A DNA stretch of 63,130 nucleotides, the filler included, from Octopus bimaculoides (Eukaryota): assembly GCF_001194135.2 (NCBI RefSeq). It is 5 parts of 5 records of this genome, joined end to end, with 100 filler letters (N's around TTAATTAATTAA, not from the genome) between each part and the next. Parts side by side here need not be neighbours in the genome. Positions count along the whole stretch, not along the records: positions 1 to 28,288 come from NC_068995.1; 4 more parts are not named here. The stretch is one strand, 5' to 3'. The notes under the pieces are model-generated. The model ran no database searches. It was not told the DNA's origin and worked only from the letters and a program-made list of their open reading frames with translations. This document shows, in pieces, positions 1 to 13,630 of the stretch (positions within the stretch are counted from its first letter, which is position 1; each line of letters begins with the position of its first letter). Both the position numbers and the translations under genes were made by a program.

Positions 1-514
1 ATGTGTGTGTGTGTGTGTGTATAATTATAATTATATATATATATATATATATATGCATGTATATATACACACAATCACATACATACACAAACGCACACAC
101 ACACCCAATACACACACGCATATACATATAATTTGATTCTAGACTGAGAGATCACTTGAGCTGCGTTTCAATATATTGAGCAATAAATGAGAATCTATCG
201 TTCAAGCACGAGTGAAGGAATATTAGCTTAATGGTGTTATCTGTCGTTTTCGAAATGAAGCGTAATATCGTCAAAAACGTGACCATATCGATAGCAGTTA
301 ATTTTGAATGTCTCTCTGTTAATGGGTTTGATAAATGTTGAATAGGACATTGCCCACAGCACAAAGACCACTATCGATTGTTAACTCATTTCATCCTGAA
401 ATACTACGAATTAAGTATAAACAACTGCTCAAAACTTTTTGCATTGAAATATATATCCTAAGAACATTTCCCATTCACTGATCACACTGGTCAAGGGCAG
501 GATAGATCACTTAC

Positions 515-616
515 TTTCTTGATCCTCCGACAACAATGAGATTGTTGTTGTAGATTAGGATAGTTATGGGGTTGACCAACGATGTGTGAGAAAGGACACA
601 AAGTGAATGTTTCCAT
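515..616 (-). CDS. Candidate internal exon (102 bp), WD40/beta-propeller-like in the phase 2-2 frame
   Basis: Acceptor ctcttatag| and donor aaa|gtaagtg. Phase-2 frame reads WKHSLCVLSHTSLVNPITILIYNNNLIVVGGSR. The phase-0 frame is also open, so the frame is not certain. Confidence 0.35.
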
Positions 617-1224
617 CTATAAGAGTAAAATATAATTGAATGCTATTCAGAATGTCTGAAATTTTTAGAGGAAGAGAGAAAGGATGAGCGAGAGAGAGTG
701 AGAGAAGGAGTGGAGAGAAGAAGGGAGATAAGGGGGGGGGGAGAAAAAGAGAGAATGTGTGAGCTTGTGTGCGCGTGAAAGTGTGTGTGCGTGATTACCA
801 TAACTTGCAAAAAGTGCGTTTCGTTTCAAAAATAAAAACGTTGTATACATAAACAGAACGATTCTTTTGAAACAACTTCGGAAATTGGAGGCATTATCAT
901 GAATGTGCTTCAAGTTGACACATAAGAGACTGATAAATAGGGAATGCGTGTTCCTATTGTTACAGATGAAATTTTTGACCTGACTAATTCGGAAAACTGA
1001 GACATCGTGTGAAGCTACAAAATCTCTTTACAAAGACTTGCAAGTAATGCTTAGAGATACAGAAAGCTTTTAAATGTATAGTAAAAATATTTGTTTGAAA
1101 TCTCTTTATTCTGCTAACGATGTTATTTTAAAATGTAGTGTGTGTTTCACATTTATGCCATATTTAATGGTCCTTGCGCAAATAAATAGCACTTTGTTCG
1201 TCATGACAACTAAAGTTCAACTTG

Positions 1225-1410
1225 ATCCGATCAGCACAACAGCCTACTCGTGAAATTAACGTGAAAGTGGTTTTGCATTTTACAGAGACGCGTATCCTTA
1301 ACGTAGTTTTCAGGGCGATTCCATGTCACACAGAATGTGACAAGGCTGGTCCTTTGAATTACAGGTACTAATGATTTTTGCCAGATGAGTGGACAGGATC
1401 AATGCAAAAT
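1225..1410 (-). mobile_element. Degenerate 3' part of the tRNA-derived SINE seen intact at 62743-63130
   Basis: Reverse complement aligns by eye with 62950-63080 (aattc..gg.cagccttgtcaca...actacgttaagg...cacgttaatttcac.ag.aggctgtt). Confidence 0.7.
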
Positions 1411-1522
1411 AAACGACAAAAGGCGTCACCGGGAATCAAACTCACAAGAACAGCCGAATACTCTAAGCCCGAAGTCACAAATCTACACTTTGCATAAATA
1501 TAGTGGACGTTGATTCACTTAC

Positions 1523-1597
1523 ATCTGTATTGTCAGGTGACTTCCACATTCGTAAAATATACCATCGACATTGTAAAAGTGTAAAATATTAGATTTA
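1523..1597 (-). CDS. Candidate internal exon (75 bp, phase 2-2)
   Basis: gtacag|...gat|gtaagtg. Only the phase-2 frame is open: KSNILHFYNVDGIFYECGSHLTIQ. The polypyrimidine tract is weak. Confidence 0.3.
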
Positions 1598-1809
1598 CTG
1601 TACACTCAATAATATGTAATATGACACAATAATATATGCCTGAAGAACTGATAGCATTAATGCAATTGTTCTACAAGTAGCTAAGCATAATATAATCATA
1701 GAAATAATAGAATTTCAAAGTCTATCTCATTATTTCCTACGTGTAAAAATCTGTGATGGGATTACGTCGAAAGTGTATGCTAATTTATTCAATATATACA
1801 TATACATAC

Positions 1810-1905
1810 GGTGAGCTGCCAGAATCTTTAGTTCGCCTGGCAATATGCTTAGCGTCATTTTCTCTGTCTTTACATTCTGAGTTCAAATGCAGCTTAGACC
1901 CACAT
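1810..1905 (+). mobile_element. SINE-like repeat family A, partial
   Basis: gagctgccagaatc...atgcttagcg...tctgtctttacattctgagttcaaat, matching the well-preserved copy at 45082-45245. Confidence 0.75.
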
Positions 1906-2550
1906 GTATATCCGGTAAAAAGTGTGGCATATGCTAACCGATAACCATATAGGAGCTTTGAAATGAAATGCGCGTTATATATATATATATATATNNNNNN
2001 NNNNTATATATATATATGTGTGTGTGTATGTGATTATTGAGAGACGAGGGATGGAAGACACTAGATTTTTTATTAATCACTACAAATTTTTCGAACCATC
2101 TAACATGAATCCCTGACGGGTGGGATGCTTAACAGTGGATTTAGGATTATCCGTCGGTGTAGATGTATTTCTTCTGATTATAATAAGATATGTCTTGGTA
2201 AAATACGGACTGTTCCGCAAGATATATTCTCGTTTTGTGTAGAGAAAAGCAGTAAATTTAGACATAGCTCCAGTTTTATTGATGTTAAATAAGGAATAAC
2301 AAATGCAAAAGAAACGAATATACAATAAAGGGTAGAATATCAAATATTACCGTTAACAGATATACATATATAAACGCCCACGAAGATATAAGAATACGTA
2401 CACGTATAGTTTGGCGCACATACGAATTAAATTTTCATATGACAAGAACAGGGTTGACATATATATANNNNNNNNNNNNNNNNNNNNNNNNNNNNNNNNN
2501 NNNNNNNNNNNNNNNNNNNNNNNNNNNNNNNNNNNNNNNNNNNNNNNNNN

Positions 2551-2617
<67 letters not shown>

Positions 2618-2859
2618 CACAGATATTTAGATATATAGATATTGTGACCGTCATAGAGGGATTATTGGTTCGCACGTATAAATTGCTTAGCACTATAGGT
2701 GACTCGACAGACATTTGAGTCTGACGAGTCACCTACTCTGCGAAACCGATGATCACTCTATGATTGGCCATAACTGTTCACTTCCAACTATTAGTATATA
2801 ACACTTTTAACGACAGAAACATTTGAATAACCATCCACAAAGAAATAGCATACAAGAAA

Positions 2860-3233
2860 CTTTTTGACAATGCCAGACCTCATAGGGCAAGAATCACACG
2901 CGACGTGATTGAGGAGCTAGGTTGGGTTTGACTTCCACATGCTGTGTATTCTCCTGACCTTGCTTCGGATAATTATTTATTCCAAAAATTGCAAAATGTA
3001 TTCATGGAAACGAATGCAATTCCTTAGACGCCCTTGAAATGGACCTTCAAGAGGTTTTTCTCTTCTAAAGTAGCTGATTTCTATACGAATGGCATAAATA
3101 AAATCCTTTTACAAGAAAAATGTTATTGATTCAGATGGGGAATATATAGTTGATTAAATTGGTACCTTACTTGCCTTTTTATTTCTTCAATGCCTACTAC
3201 AAAATATAACATTACTTATGGAATGACCTGATA
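2860..3233 (+). mobile_element. Mariner transposase C-terminal relic with probable 3' TIR
   Basis: Translates to FDNARPHRARITRDVIEELGWV*LPHAVYSPDLASDNYLF...FYTNGINK (HDNARPH and YSPDLAP motifs), with stops and frameshifts. Ends in attacttatggaatgacctgata. Confidence 0.9.
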
Positions 3234-3722
3234 TTATCAGCTCTCAAGATTACTATAGGGACACAGCATCGAGAAAATGATTTAAAAAGTAAACAATTCG
3301 AAATACACAACAGCTGAAAATGCTAATGTACTTATGAATTTGTTATTGCAAATAAAACAAAGCGCAATTGCATTGGGAAAAGAAATGAAATATAGACAAC
3401 GGATAACTGGTGATCTGCTTTCACAGACTTTATTTCTTATAATTACTTCCAACTATAACCTTGCTTTCAAAAACAGCTTTCTGATCAATGTTTTTTGCAA
3501 AACGTTATATGCATATACATACATGCATAATACAAATATAAATACATATATACATACATACATGCTTACATACATGCATACATACATGCATACATAAGTA
3601 ATGTACCTAGAGACATATGTATAGTGTACACACCACATAGAATAGGGCAGGTAAAAATAGTAATAATAACGATAGAGAGAGAAGTGTTTATGCGTGTGAG
3701 TGAGTATGTGCATATGTATGAA

Positions 3723-3791
<69 letters not shown>

Positions 3792-5825
3792 GTGATAGAG
3801 AAACACCATGACTTATTGTGGTATAAGAAAATATTTTCTAATATTTGCGTGGGTTATAACTCCTGGAAACTTCAAACAAACCATCAGAGTTCGGCTTAGA
3901 TGGATTTCAACAAATCTATTGTGTTTATCACTTCCATGGTTTTACCTAGGCCGCATACAAATTCACTTATTATAATACTAATTTCAGTTATGATTGTTGC
4001 TCTTGTGTTAACCAATTGTTCGATGTATTTATTACGGGAGTACTGTCATTAAAAAATGAATAAATGAATTGACGTAATGCAGCTATTATTTGTCAGAACA
4101 TTATTTCAATTACGTCCATTGTAGAATGAATATATCTCCCGAATTTATATACAGATACTGAGGACATCGTTTGTTGATTATTCTCATATATTGCACTATT
4201 CAATACTAAACAAAATCTAATTTCACCCAATATTATATTAATAAAATGAACATTTTTTTTTCTTATTATTGGTTAGGTTGGTAACAATGCACATTTACGA
4301 TATATATTTTAAAAACATTAACTCACACATCATTGAGTAATCAAATATTAATTGAAGTCTACCGTTGAGTTAATAAAATATATAAAGCCATTCATAATAA
4401 TGCTTCAAATTTCCTAAGTTGTCATCAATGAAATCATTCTGTTTATGTATACAGCATTCCTATTTTCTAAATAAAATGTACTTTTTGCAAGTTATGGTAA
4501 TCATCCCCACGTATTTAATAACATAGTATTAAGAGTAGAGACTCAGTGACGCAACTAATTTTTGTAAAATAAATGTAAATTTTAAATGGTGTGTGTTCGT
4601 ACTGAATATGAAATCTCTCCAGACGAGAAATATATTATAGTTGACAGAAAACAAATTTTCAAAATATTTGGAAGTACATTGAATTTTATCCTTTATTCTA
4701 AATTTGAATAAAGATGTACCATAGTGATTGACTGCACTATGGACTTTAATATTTTGCTAAATTACTTGCTTCAGTAGTTAGTATTTCTCTGGTCTTGGTG
4801 TATCACATTCAAGCCCTTTAGACTGTTTATTCTCCTTAATAAACGACATAATCTATCACCAGCTTCCTCTAACGATGGTGATATGAACGCTATTTTTTTT
4901 AAATATCGCGTAGAAACTATTTGTTCTAACTTCCTGCGGTCCAAGTTCAAATGTTCTAAAGTTCAGCATTATATTTCCCCCTTCCAGGACCAATAGCCCT
5001 AGCACCATTGCAGTACGATCATTAATGTCGTATCGGTTTCTCTCTCTACTTTCTATCACTGGGTTCTAAATTTAATTCGAAGTCCCATAGTTATCTCAAT
5101 GTTTCATGCTGATTCATTAGTAAATGTACTCGTGTTTCCAGATAGCTTAAATTCTTATTTCGTTAATTTCACGAGTGACAATACAGATTTTTTAGCAACT
5201 AAATGTTAATTTTCAAAACCTACGGAGAAAGGAAACGCACTAGCAGTTCCTCAGATTCTGTTATTTGCAATGCCAAACTAAATCTTGCAGCTATTTTAAA
5301 GGATGTGGGATGAGTGGGAAAAGCCGTCTAGAAAAATAGGGACATTATAAGTAGAAGAACGTAACTAAATTGTTGATTACAATTTCTTTGTGATAATCCA
5401 TCGTCGCTGCCATACTCTGTCAATTACGAAATAACCTTCACAATGTTTTGGTGGAGGTGAACCATCGGTTTGATTCCAGAAACAGTTTACTGAGCAATGG
5501 ATTCCATTAAACTTGGCAATTTTACCAATATATTTATGAGGTCGTATTGTTCGATAATTTACAAGCAAGTATTCTATATTGGTTCCAGCATGGGGTCAGC
5601 ATGGAGTAAGGTAAATCTATAACTTGCTGCAAGTGCCACCATCGTAGAAACATAACTTAATGGTTGTTGGCGACAGGGAGATCGGACGCATTTTGTTGTA
5701 CCTTGGTCAAGTACCGTGGTAGCGAGTTCATCACTATCCCGTGCGCAGTATTAGGTACACATTTACAAGGAAGATGACAGATACCGGTCTATGTGTGTGT
5801 GTTTGTGCGTTGCTGTCTGTGTGGG

Positions 5826-5894
<69 letters not shown>

Positions 5895-6497
5895 GTGCGT
5901 GTATGTGTAATATTATACCTCTGCGTATAATTTACCGCTATTTATTAGCAGAACAAGTCCTTTTTGCGAAAACCCGTTTTGAGACAAATGCTCCGTGTTA
6001 CGTTATGAGCGCCTCTTTACCATTAACACCTTACGACACAAAATATGTGAATGAGTGGACAATTTCGATGGAAGCGTGTGACGAACGAAGCTATTCTTCA
6101 TCGGATTCAATACAAAGTACTGAATACCAAGAAGTGCATCATGAGTATAATCGATTCATTCTTATTTTATGTTAAACTTTTTTTTGTTTTTACAATTCAC
6201 TGAACTTTTAGAGTGCAAAATATCAAGTACATTCTACAGGGTGGTATATTATTTACACTATGCATCAATATTTAAGTATGTCTATATTTCCACCACTTGT
6301 ACAACGATGAGTAAATCATGGAAATGTGTTGTTTCTTTTTAAACAATGCACAACTATTTACTTGATGGGAAATACAGCTAAAGAATTGATGCAAATAAAT
6401 ATTAAAAAAATAGGTTAGAAAACTTGAGAGATGGATAAAAGTAGTCTTCAATCACATAGACTTGGCTGTGATAATAGTAAGGAAAATATTAGCTTAC

Positions 6498-6580
6498 TTG
6501 GCACTGCTGACATGCTCTCCGGATACAATTTGGAAGGATTTCAAATTAATACAATACACTATTTGTTCGTCTTTTACCGT
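6498..6580 (-). CDS. Candidate internal exon (83 bp, phase 0-2)
   Basis: ctctttcag|...aa|gtaagct. The single open frame is TVKDEQIVYCINLKSFQIVSGEHVSSA. Confidence 0.3.
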
Positions 6581-7570
6581 CTGAAAGAGGTCAGCCAGAT
6601 TTAAAGCTTAAACTGCTGCATGATATACCAAACCGAGAGTATAAGTGAAACACGATTGGAAATAACAGAGTAAGAGAATTCAATAACATTTTGAGATTTC
6701 AAAGACATGAATTCGTAATTAACGGAAAGTAAATAGTTGAATGCTCGTATTTTCAAAATGTGATATATATTGATACTGTGTGACGTGTACACACGTGCAT
6801 AATCGCTTAAACATCAACAAATATGCCTGCTCATATACATACATTCATGCCCGCCCCATCCCATATATATATATATANNNNNNNNNNNNNNNNNNNNNNN
6901 NNNNNNNNNNNNNNNNNNNNNNNNNNNNNNNNNNNNNNNNNNNNNNNNNNNNNNNNNNNNNNNNNNNNNNNNNNNNNNNNNNNNNNNNNNNNNNNNNNNN
7001 NNNNNNNNNNNNNNNNNNNNNNNNNNNNNNNNNNNNNNNNNNNNNNNNNNNNNNNNNNNNNNNNNNNNNNNNNNNNNNNNNNNNNNNNNNNNNNNNNNNN
7101 NNNNNNNNNNNNNNNNNNNNNNNNNNNNNNNNNNNNNNNNNNNNNNNNNNNNNNNNNNNNNNNNNNNNNNNNNNNNNNNNNNNNNNNNNNNNNNNNNNNN
7201 NNNNNNNNNNNNNNNNNNNNNNNNNNNNNNNNNNNNNNNNNNNNNNNNNNNNNNNNNNNNNNNNNNNNNNNNNNNNNNNNNNNNNNNNNNNNNNNNNNNN
7301 NNNNNNNNNNNNNNNNNNNNNNNNNNNNNNNNNNNNNNNNNNNNNNNNNNNNNNNNNNNNNNNNNNNNNNNNNNNNNNNNNNNNNNNNNNNNNNNNNNNN
7401 NNNNNNNNNNNNNNNNNNNNNNNNNNNNNNNNNNNNNNNNNNNNNNNNNNNNNNNNNNNNNNNNNNNNNNNNNNNNNNNNNNNNNNNNNNNNNNNNNNNN
7501 NNNNNNNNNNNNNNNNNNNNNNNNNNNNNNNNNNNNNNNNNNNNNNNNNNNNNNNNNNNNNNNNNNNNNT

Positions 7571-7736
7571 ATACGACGGGCTTGTTTCAGTTTCCGTCTA
7601 CCAAATCCACTCACAAGGCTTTGGACGACCCGAGGCTATAGTAGAAGACACTTGCCCAAGGTGCCACGCAGTGGGACTGAATCCGGAACCATGTGGTTGG
7701 TAAGCAAGCTACTTACCACATAGCCACTCTTGCGCC
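7571..7736 (-). mobile_element. tRNA-derived SINE family B
   Basis: Reverse complement ggcgcaagagtggctatgtggtaagtagcttgcttaccaaccacatggttccggattcagtcccactgcgtggcaccttgggcaagtgtcttctactatagcctcggg..., with related copies at 54305, 54725 and 62116. Confidence 0.85.
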
Positions 7737-9784
7737 TATATATATAGCTGCATACGAATGGATGCATGGATGACTAAGCGCGTAATAATTTCACCGATAC
7801 CACAGCGTGAAGTGTGATTGAAGGAAACTAAGTGTAAAAACCTAATATATACTCTACATATGATTCACAGATCCACATTTGTCACACTGTTTTGCGTTGA
7901 TTCTGTGTACGAATGACATAAAGTTTTCACACGTTTGACGAAAATAAACGCACTTCATATGCTAATTCAGTGCGTAGACACCCACCTTTCGTAATCAACT
8001 GGAGAGTCATCAATGCAAAAACTGTGCCCAACCACCTATTGCACGAACCAACACACTTTCTAGGTAAATCGTATCTATGCCATCCCTCACACCTACATTT
8101 CTCTCTCAACCATTCTATCTCATAAATTACGTATAACTCTCTATGTCTTTTGTTCACTGTAATCACATCCTGTAATTTATGACTCCACCTTTTAGCGTAT
8201 TTATTCCCTCTCATCTATTGGTCCGTATATTAGAAATGTGTCAACGCTCCACAGTCCGGGGCTTTACAAGGTTTTCTCTCAAATCTACAACTGAAGTTAA
8301 GTAACAAACTTTAGTGGATTTCAGGAAGCTATTTCTCCGATGTTTCTGGTGTGATGAATGAACTGTGGCTTATATACATAAATTTCAATTAACAACCACT
8401 ATATCATACCGCCCATGAAAATGTCCATACGTAAAAATGCAGTAATGGTATATTAAAAGAAATTGACACTTATTAGAATACCCCATGCAGGCTAATAATA
8501 AGATCTCTAAATATCTTTCTCTTATTGAAATATGGTAAGCAAATTATGAGTATAACAGATATTGGCATTTCTCGAAAAAGTATAGATTAACTGATTCAAT
8601 CACTAACAAAAGAGAGAGATTTCTGTTCGTTTCGTATTACTGAAGAATTTTTTTCAAAATACCCCTCGAATTCTAGTTTATTCAATTGTTTTTAATAATA
8701 TCAGAATTAAGTTAATTTGTGCTACATTTAGAGAGACGGTAAATTAAATATTGTCTATTTGAGATGTTATTCTGACAAGACAAATCAATTAATTTTAAAC
8801 CTTTTACATGTACTCACATGTATTTAGTTGAGTTTTGCAATCTGCTTTACCATAAAGTTTACAATTATATCATTTGAATTGGAGCATCATCAACCTATCT
8901 AACAGTTCTACAATACCTCTATTTCTAGCTGCACTTTATATTTCTATTCCATGCGGTTGCCATCATATATCTTTATTTCATATTTATAAATCAATGTTTT
9001 CCAATGATTTCTGTGTTCTTAAGTAGTTAACTTTGAATATTAGAGAAATAAAATGGATAAAATAGAAACGATAATTTTTTCTTTTTCTTTTTGTGCAGGC
9101 AGAGTGAATATCAGCCTGATGATATTTATTGCATAGAATTTTTATTTTTGTGTCATACTTATTTGTAAAATGCAATTGAAGTATATTTGAAAATAGATTA
9201 CATGCGATGGAGGAGTAATATTTCATAAGCTGTAACTAGGCATTTAGTGCAGCTATTCACTGTTATATACAAATAGTTTGCAGCCAAATGTGAATGATGG
9301 GCACAAAAAGCAAAAACCAAAATAGAGAAAACTGCAATTATGCGAGAGCAGAATACTTTGTATCGTAATCGAAACAAAAACGATGGGAGGGGATTACATT
9401 TACCCAATTGTCCGAGTTAACTAATGTTAAGTATTACTAAGTGTCCTTCATTGGAAATATATATATTGCAGGCTTTGATGAACATTAGCGGAGTTGCAGA
9501 ATATACAATAAAAATTTTATAAAAGTATAGAATATATAAATGTATATTTCAAAATATATAAACATATGATTCATTTTATTTAACTTCACAAATTTTAATT
9601 AACAAAAAACAAACAAGATTAACACATATTTAAAAAGAAAAAGTTAAAATTTTTTTTAGAAAAAAAAAATTACACATATTCTTTTTGTTAATCCGTCGTA
9701 GATAATATCTGGATGTGATGAGATGTAACTGAGCAATTAGTAGTAATAACAACTTAATGTTATGCGTTCGAATAAGGCACCAAT

Positions 9785-9985
9785 CTGGCTGGACTGTCAG
9801 CTCGCCGGGCAATATGCTTAGCGGTCTTTAGTCTGTCTTTACTTCTGGCTTCAAATTCCACTGTGGTCGACTTTCCCGATCAGCTTTTCAGGGTATATAG
9901 AATAAATACCAGTTGAGCACTAGGGTCGATTCAATCAACTAAATTTCTTCCACCTAAATTGCTTGCCTTGTGCCAATATTTGAAA
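9785..9985 (+). mobile_element. SINE-like repeat family A
   Basis: gccgggcaatatgcttagcggt...tcaaattcc...ggtcgacttt...taccagttgagcactagggtcgat...ccttgtgcc. Confidence 0.8.
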
Positions 9986-10006
9986 TTAATGTTAATCATT
10001 AGAATA

Positions 10007-10130
10007 AGGTGATGACATGGAAGAATCATTAGCGCACCGGGTAGAGTGCTTAGTTGCATATCGCCCGTCTTTTCGTTCTGAGCTCAAATTCCGTAGAGGT
10101 CGACTTTACCTTTAATTCCTTCAGAGGTTT
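10007..10130 (+). mobile_element. SINE-like repeat family A, partial
   Basis: gttctgagctcaaattccgtagaggtcgactttaccttt core. Confidence 0.75.
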
Positions 10131-10899
10131 CTGGCGGTGTGGTTCATGGCTTTTGTCAGCTACAATCAACAACCAATGTATCATACCGCTTCGATAGTTT
10201 AAGATTACTGAGGATGGAGTAAGTGAATAGTAGATGAACCATCGTCAACAAACATAACAGTTGGAAAAGGAGTGGGTCGATTTGCTTGAAGACTGAATCG
10301 AACTTCAGGATTTTTATCTTCCGGTTAACGGGTGACTTCCACACATTTTAATAATATTCTTGAATGGCAGTCTCTGTATAAAATGTATGAAATGAAATTA
10401 TCAAGGATTCTCATATTAGTTAGACTGGGACTGGTTATCAAGTGCGTCACGAATTTTGATATGTCATAGAAGAACTGCATTTGCCATATATTTTTCGATT
10501 AATGCTTGGTATCCATGATCACATTTTATGACTTCCATGGGTATGTAGCGTCATTTGCAGTGATATCTCAATCTCTATCACACGTTAGTATATGAGATTT
10601 TTTGCTTCGGATCTTTGAAAATTATATTCTCTTTCCTTGGTTAATGAAACAGCTTTCATAATTTTGGACATCAATGCGGAATCTAATGTTGCAGATTTGA
10701 GTTTAAGGATCTCTTTCTTTGCACTCGTGTGTTTCCCTAAGATTGTTCTTTTCTATCAGCAGGTAAAATTATTTCCAATCTGCTACTCTATTTTCATCAA
10801 CTGACTGGACGTGGAAACAACATTCTGTATAAATATGTACGTGTATACATAAATACATACATACATGCATACATACATATATACATACATGCATATGTA

Positions 10900-11400
10900 T
10901 GTAGGAAAATCAGTAAAATGTAACAACCAATGTAGACTTTGTGAAGTTAAGACCGATGATATCACCACAAGCAGTTGTCCGAAAATGCCATCACGGTATT
11001 ATCCACCGATGAGATATGATGTTGTAGCGATGCCACTTTGCATATAATGAAATCCGTAGGAAGGATAACTCTGAGGACAAAGAAATAAGAAATCACAGTA
11101 TGGTAGAAGTCATAGCCACACATAATAAAAGGAGTACAGGTGAAATGTCCCGGTTAAAACATCAATAAAATGTAAGCATGATAGAGAAGAGACACAGTGT
11201 ACAGTTGTAGAAATTAGCTGCCCAGTGGACGTTAACATAAAGCTGAAGATCAGTGAAAAAGAGAGTACCTAAGTTGAACTATTGAAAAATCTGCAGCTAC
11301 TCTATCCAGATTACAAGTTCAGGTTTGTACCTGTAATTATTGGGGCCCTGGGATATGTAACTCACTGCCTAAATACCAATCTTGAGAAATTAGGCTTCCC
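10900..11400 (+). mobile_element. REL-endonuclease non-LTR retrotransposon relic (zinc knuckle and endonuclease region)
   Basis: NQCRLCEVKTDDITTSSCPKMPSRYYPPMRYDVVA (degenerate CCHC knuckle plus RHD-like motif) and LKNLQLLYPDYKFRFVPVIIGALGYV. Confidence 0.8.
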
Positions 11401-12939
11401 AAATTATCTCAGTTGCATTAGGTTCATTCCTTATCTCAGTTGCATTAGGTTCCCACATCTGGTAAACGTAGACGTAGAACTGCCTGCACCGCAAGGACAC
11501 ATAGCTGTAAACCCAAGCTCCGCCAACGACTTAGGTACGGTGGTGAATCATGGCAACAGCAATAACAAAAACCACAGCAACAAAAATAACAACAACGACA
11601 AGAATAACAATGACCGGATTGGCACCGCAGAGACTTGAACCTTAAACACCAAAGGACATGCACCATTAGCAAAAAGAAAAAATAAAAGGAAGAAAATCAA
11701 TGGATCTAAATGGATGTGTCCTATTACGGGGTGATGGGAGGATACAAGTTAAAAATCGGCATGAAGTTATTTGGTCTCCTCATTAGAATTACTAGATCCT
11801 GAAAGTATTAGATGTATTTTCATGCACACATCAACACACTGGGCACATGCTGCCTAAACTAATATCCTGTCCATACACAGAAAGCAACTAACAGCGCCCA
11901 ACTATCATAAAATCTCGAGACAACTTAACAATGTGGTGCTTGGAAACATGTCTAATTCTTCAAAGATCTTTAATCCCGAAAGACTGCAAAACTAACCACC
12001 ATCAAGAAAAAGCGGAAAATATGAATTTAAATGTCTGACGAAGTACTCTCGTTTTAAAAGAACTAAATAAATTAGCTACAGCACCAAACCACGGAGCTCA
12101 CTCCAGATAACATGCCACATATAGCGTAAACTATCTATCCTATTTATTCATGGAAATATCTATTTATCCTTCAATCCCTCTATCTATCTATCTATCTATC
12201 TATCTATCAGTCAGTCTCACTGTCTCTTCTTCTCTGTCTCTCTTTGCCTGTCTGTTTGTCTTATCATATCTACATATATACTTATCTTATTTCTTTACTG
12301 CCCACAAGGTGCTATCTACATATATACATATCTATCTATCGATTGTTCTCCCTCGCTCACTATTCATCAACCTAACAGTCTACTTTTATGCCGACTTCTA
12401 TAAATCCTTTCAAAAATTTTTTGAAAAGATTTAAAATCCTTTGAAAGTTTTAAAACATTCATATCCACGAAAATTAAAGGCTTTTATATCCGTGATATTT
12501 AAAAAATAAATATTATATCCAGCAACCTATTACGGTACTCTACCACCTCTATTGTATTTTATATTGTTTAACTTTATTTTATCTTCTTTCATTTCCCCAC
12601 TTTATTGTATAGTGTCGTGTTTTATTTTACTAAAATTTATTGTTTCTTCTCGTTTTCCTCTCTTTCCTACCAACGGTGCTAAGTTGTTATTTTACTAATC
12701 CAGTCACGTTGCCTGAGATACACTAACGTATTATATATACATGCATACATATGTGTGTGAGTGTGTGTATTTATAAATATACATATACATTTATGTATAA
12801 ATATATACAAGTGTATATATATATATATATAGAAGGGAAGAGAGAGATTGTTTGAAAGAGAAATATATACATTCATACGTACTTTAACATATATACATAG
12901 ATTAGAAGATAGATATATACGTATACACATATGGGTGTA

Positions 12940-13020
<81 letters not shown>

Positions 13021-13499
13021 ATATACATATATTGTAGTGCCCTATCTTGTATATCATGTTATGTAGTATGTGTGTGAATGTAGGGTTGATTCTGTATGTA
13101 AAGTAAAGAAACGCAGTGCAATAAACAAGACAAGGGACTATATGAATTTGAATTGTGATTCTAAAAGCAATTTATTGCTATATTTGGGGTTTCTGTTGCT
13201 TATATAAAAATTGCATTTTTGTATGTATACGCATGCGTGTATATGAGTGTGTGGGGGAGTGTATTTGTGTATGGACTGGAGAATCGTTAGTGCTTCACAC
13301 AAACGTCTTACGGTTTTTATTCTACGCATCGATTTAACCCTAGTGAAGATCAAGCTTGTGTTAAATCTTTCCGGGGTTAAGACAGTAAAATATCAGTCAA
13401 GCATTATGTCGATTTAATCGACTAACATGTTTCATAAAAATTCCTGGCATTCTGCCTATATTATAATCTATTATTACTACAAACGTCAGCAAGTCTTTA

Positions 13500-13630
13500 G
13501 AGCACTGGGAGAATCTTGAGAACGCAGGATAAGTTGCTCACCGGCATTTCTCCCCAGTATTACGTTCTGATTTCAATTTCCGCTGAGAATGATTTTGTCT
13601 TTCATCCTTTCGGAGTCGATAAAATAAGTA
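13500..13630 (+). mobile_element. SINE-like repeat family A, degenerate
   Basis: ttacgttctgatttcaatttccgctgag...tttgtctttcatcctttcggagtcgataaaataagtac. Confidence 0.7.

Noticed and set aside
5950-6175. Plus-strand open frame after an AG (EQVLFAKTRF...ILILC*)
   Set aside because: No recognisable domain and no linked exon.
6780-7703. Long ORFs spanning N-gaps (also at 14.7-15.8, 20.5-21.3, 27.0-27.5, 45.5-47.2 and 54.9-55.5 kb)
   Set aside because: They stay open only because N codons are not stops, and the flanks are microsatellite translations.
11404-11454. Short direct repeats (22 bp here; about 27 bp at 57077-57133)
   Set aside because: Two units only: ordinary slippage duplications, not CRISPR-like arrays.
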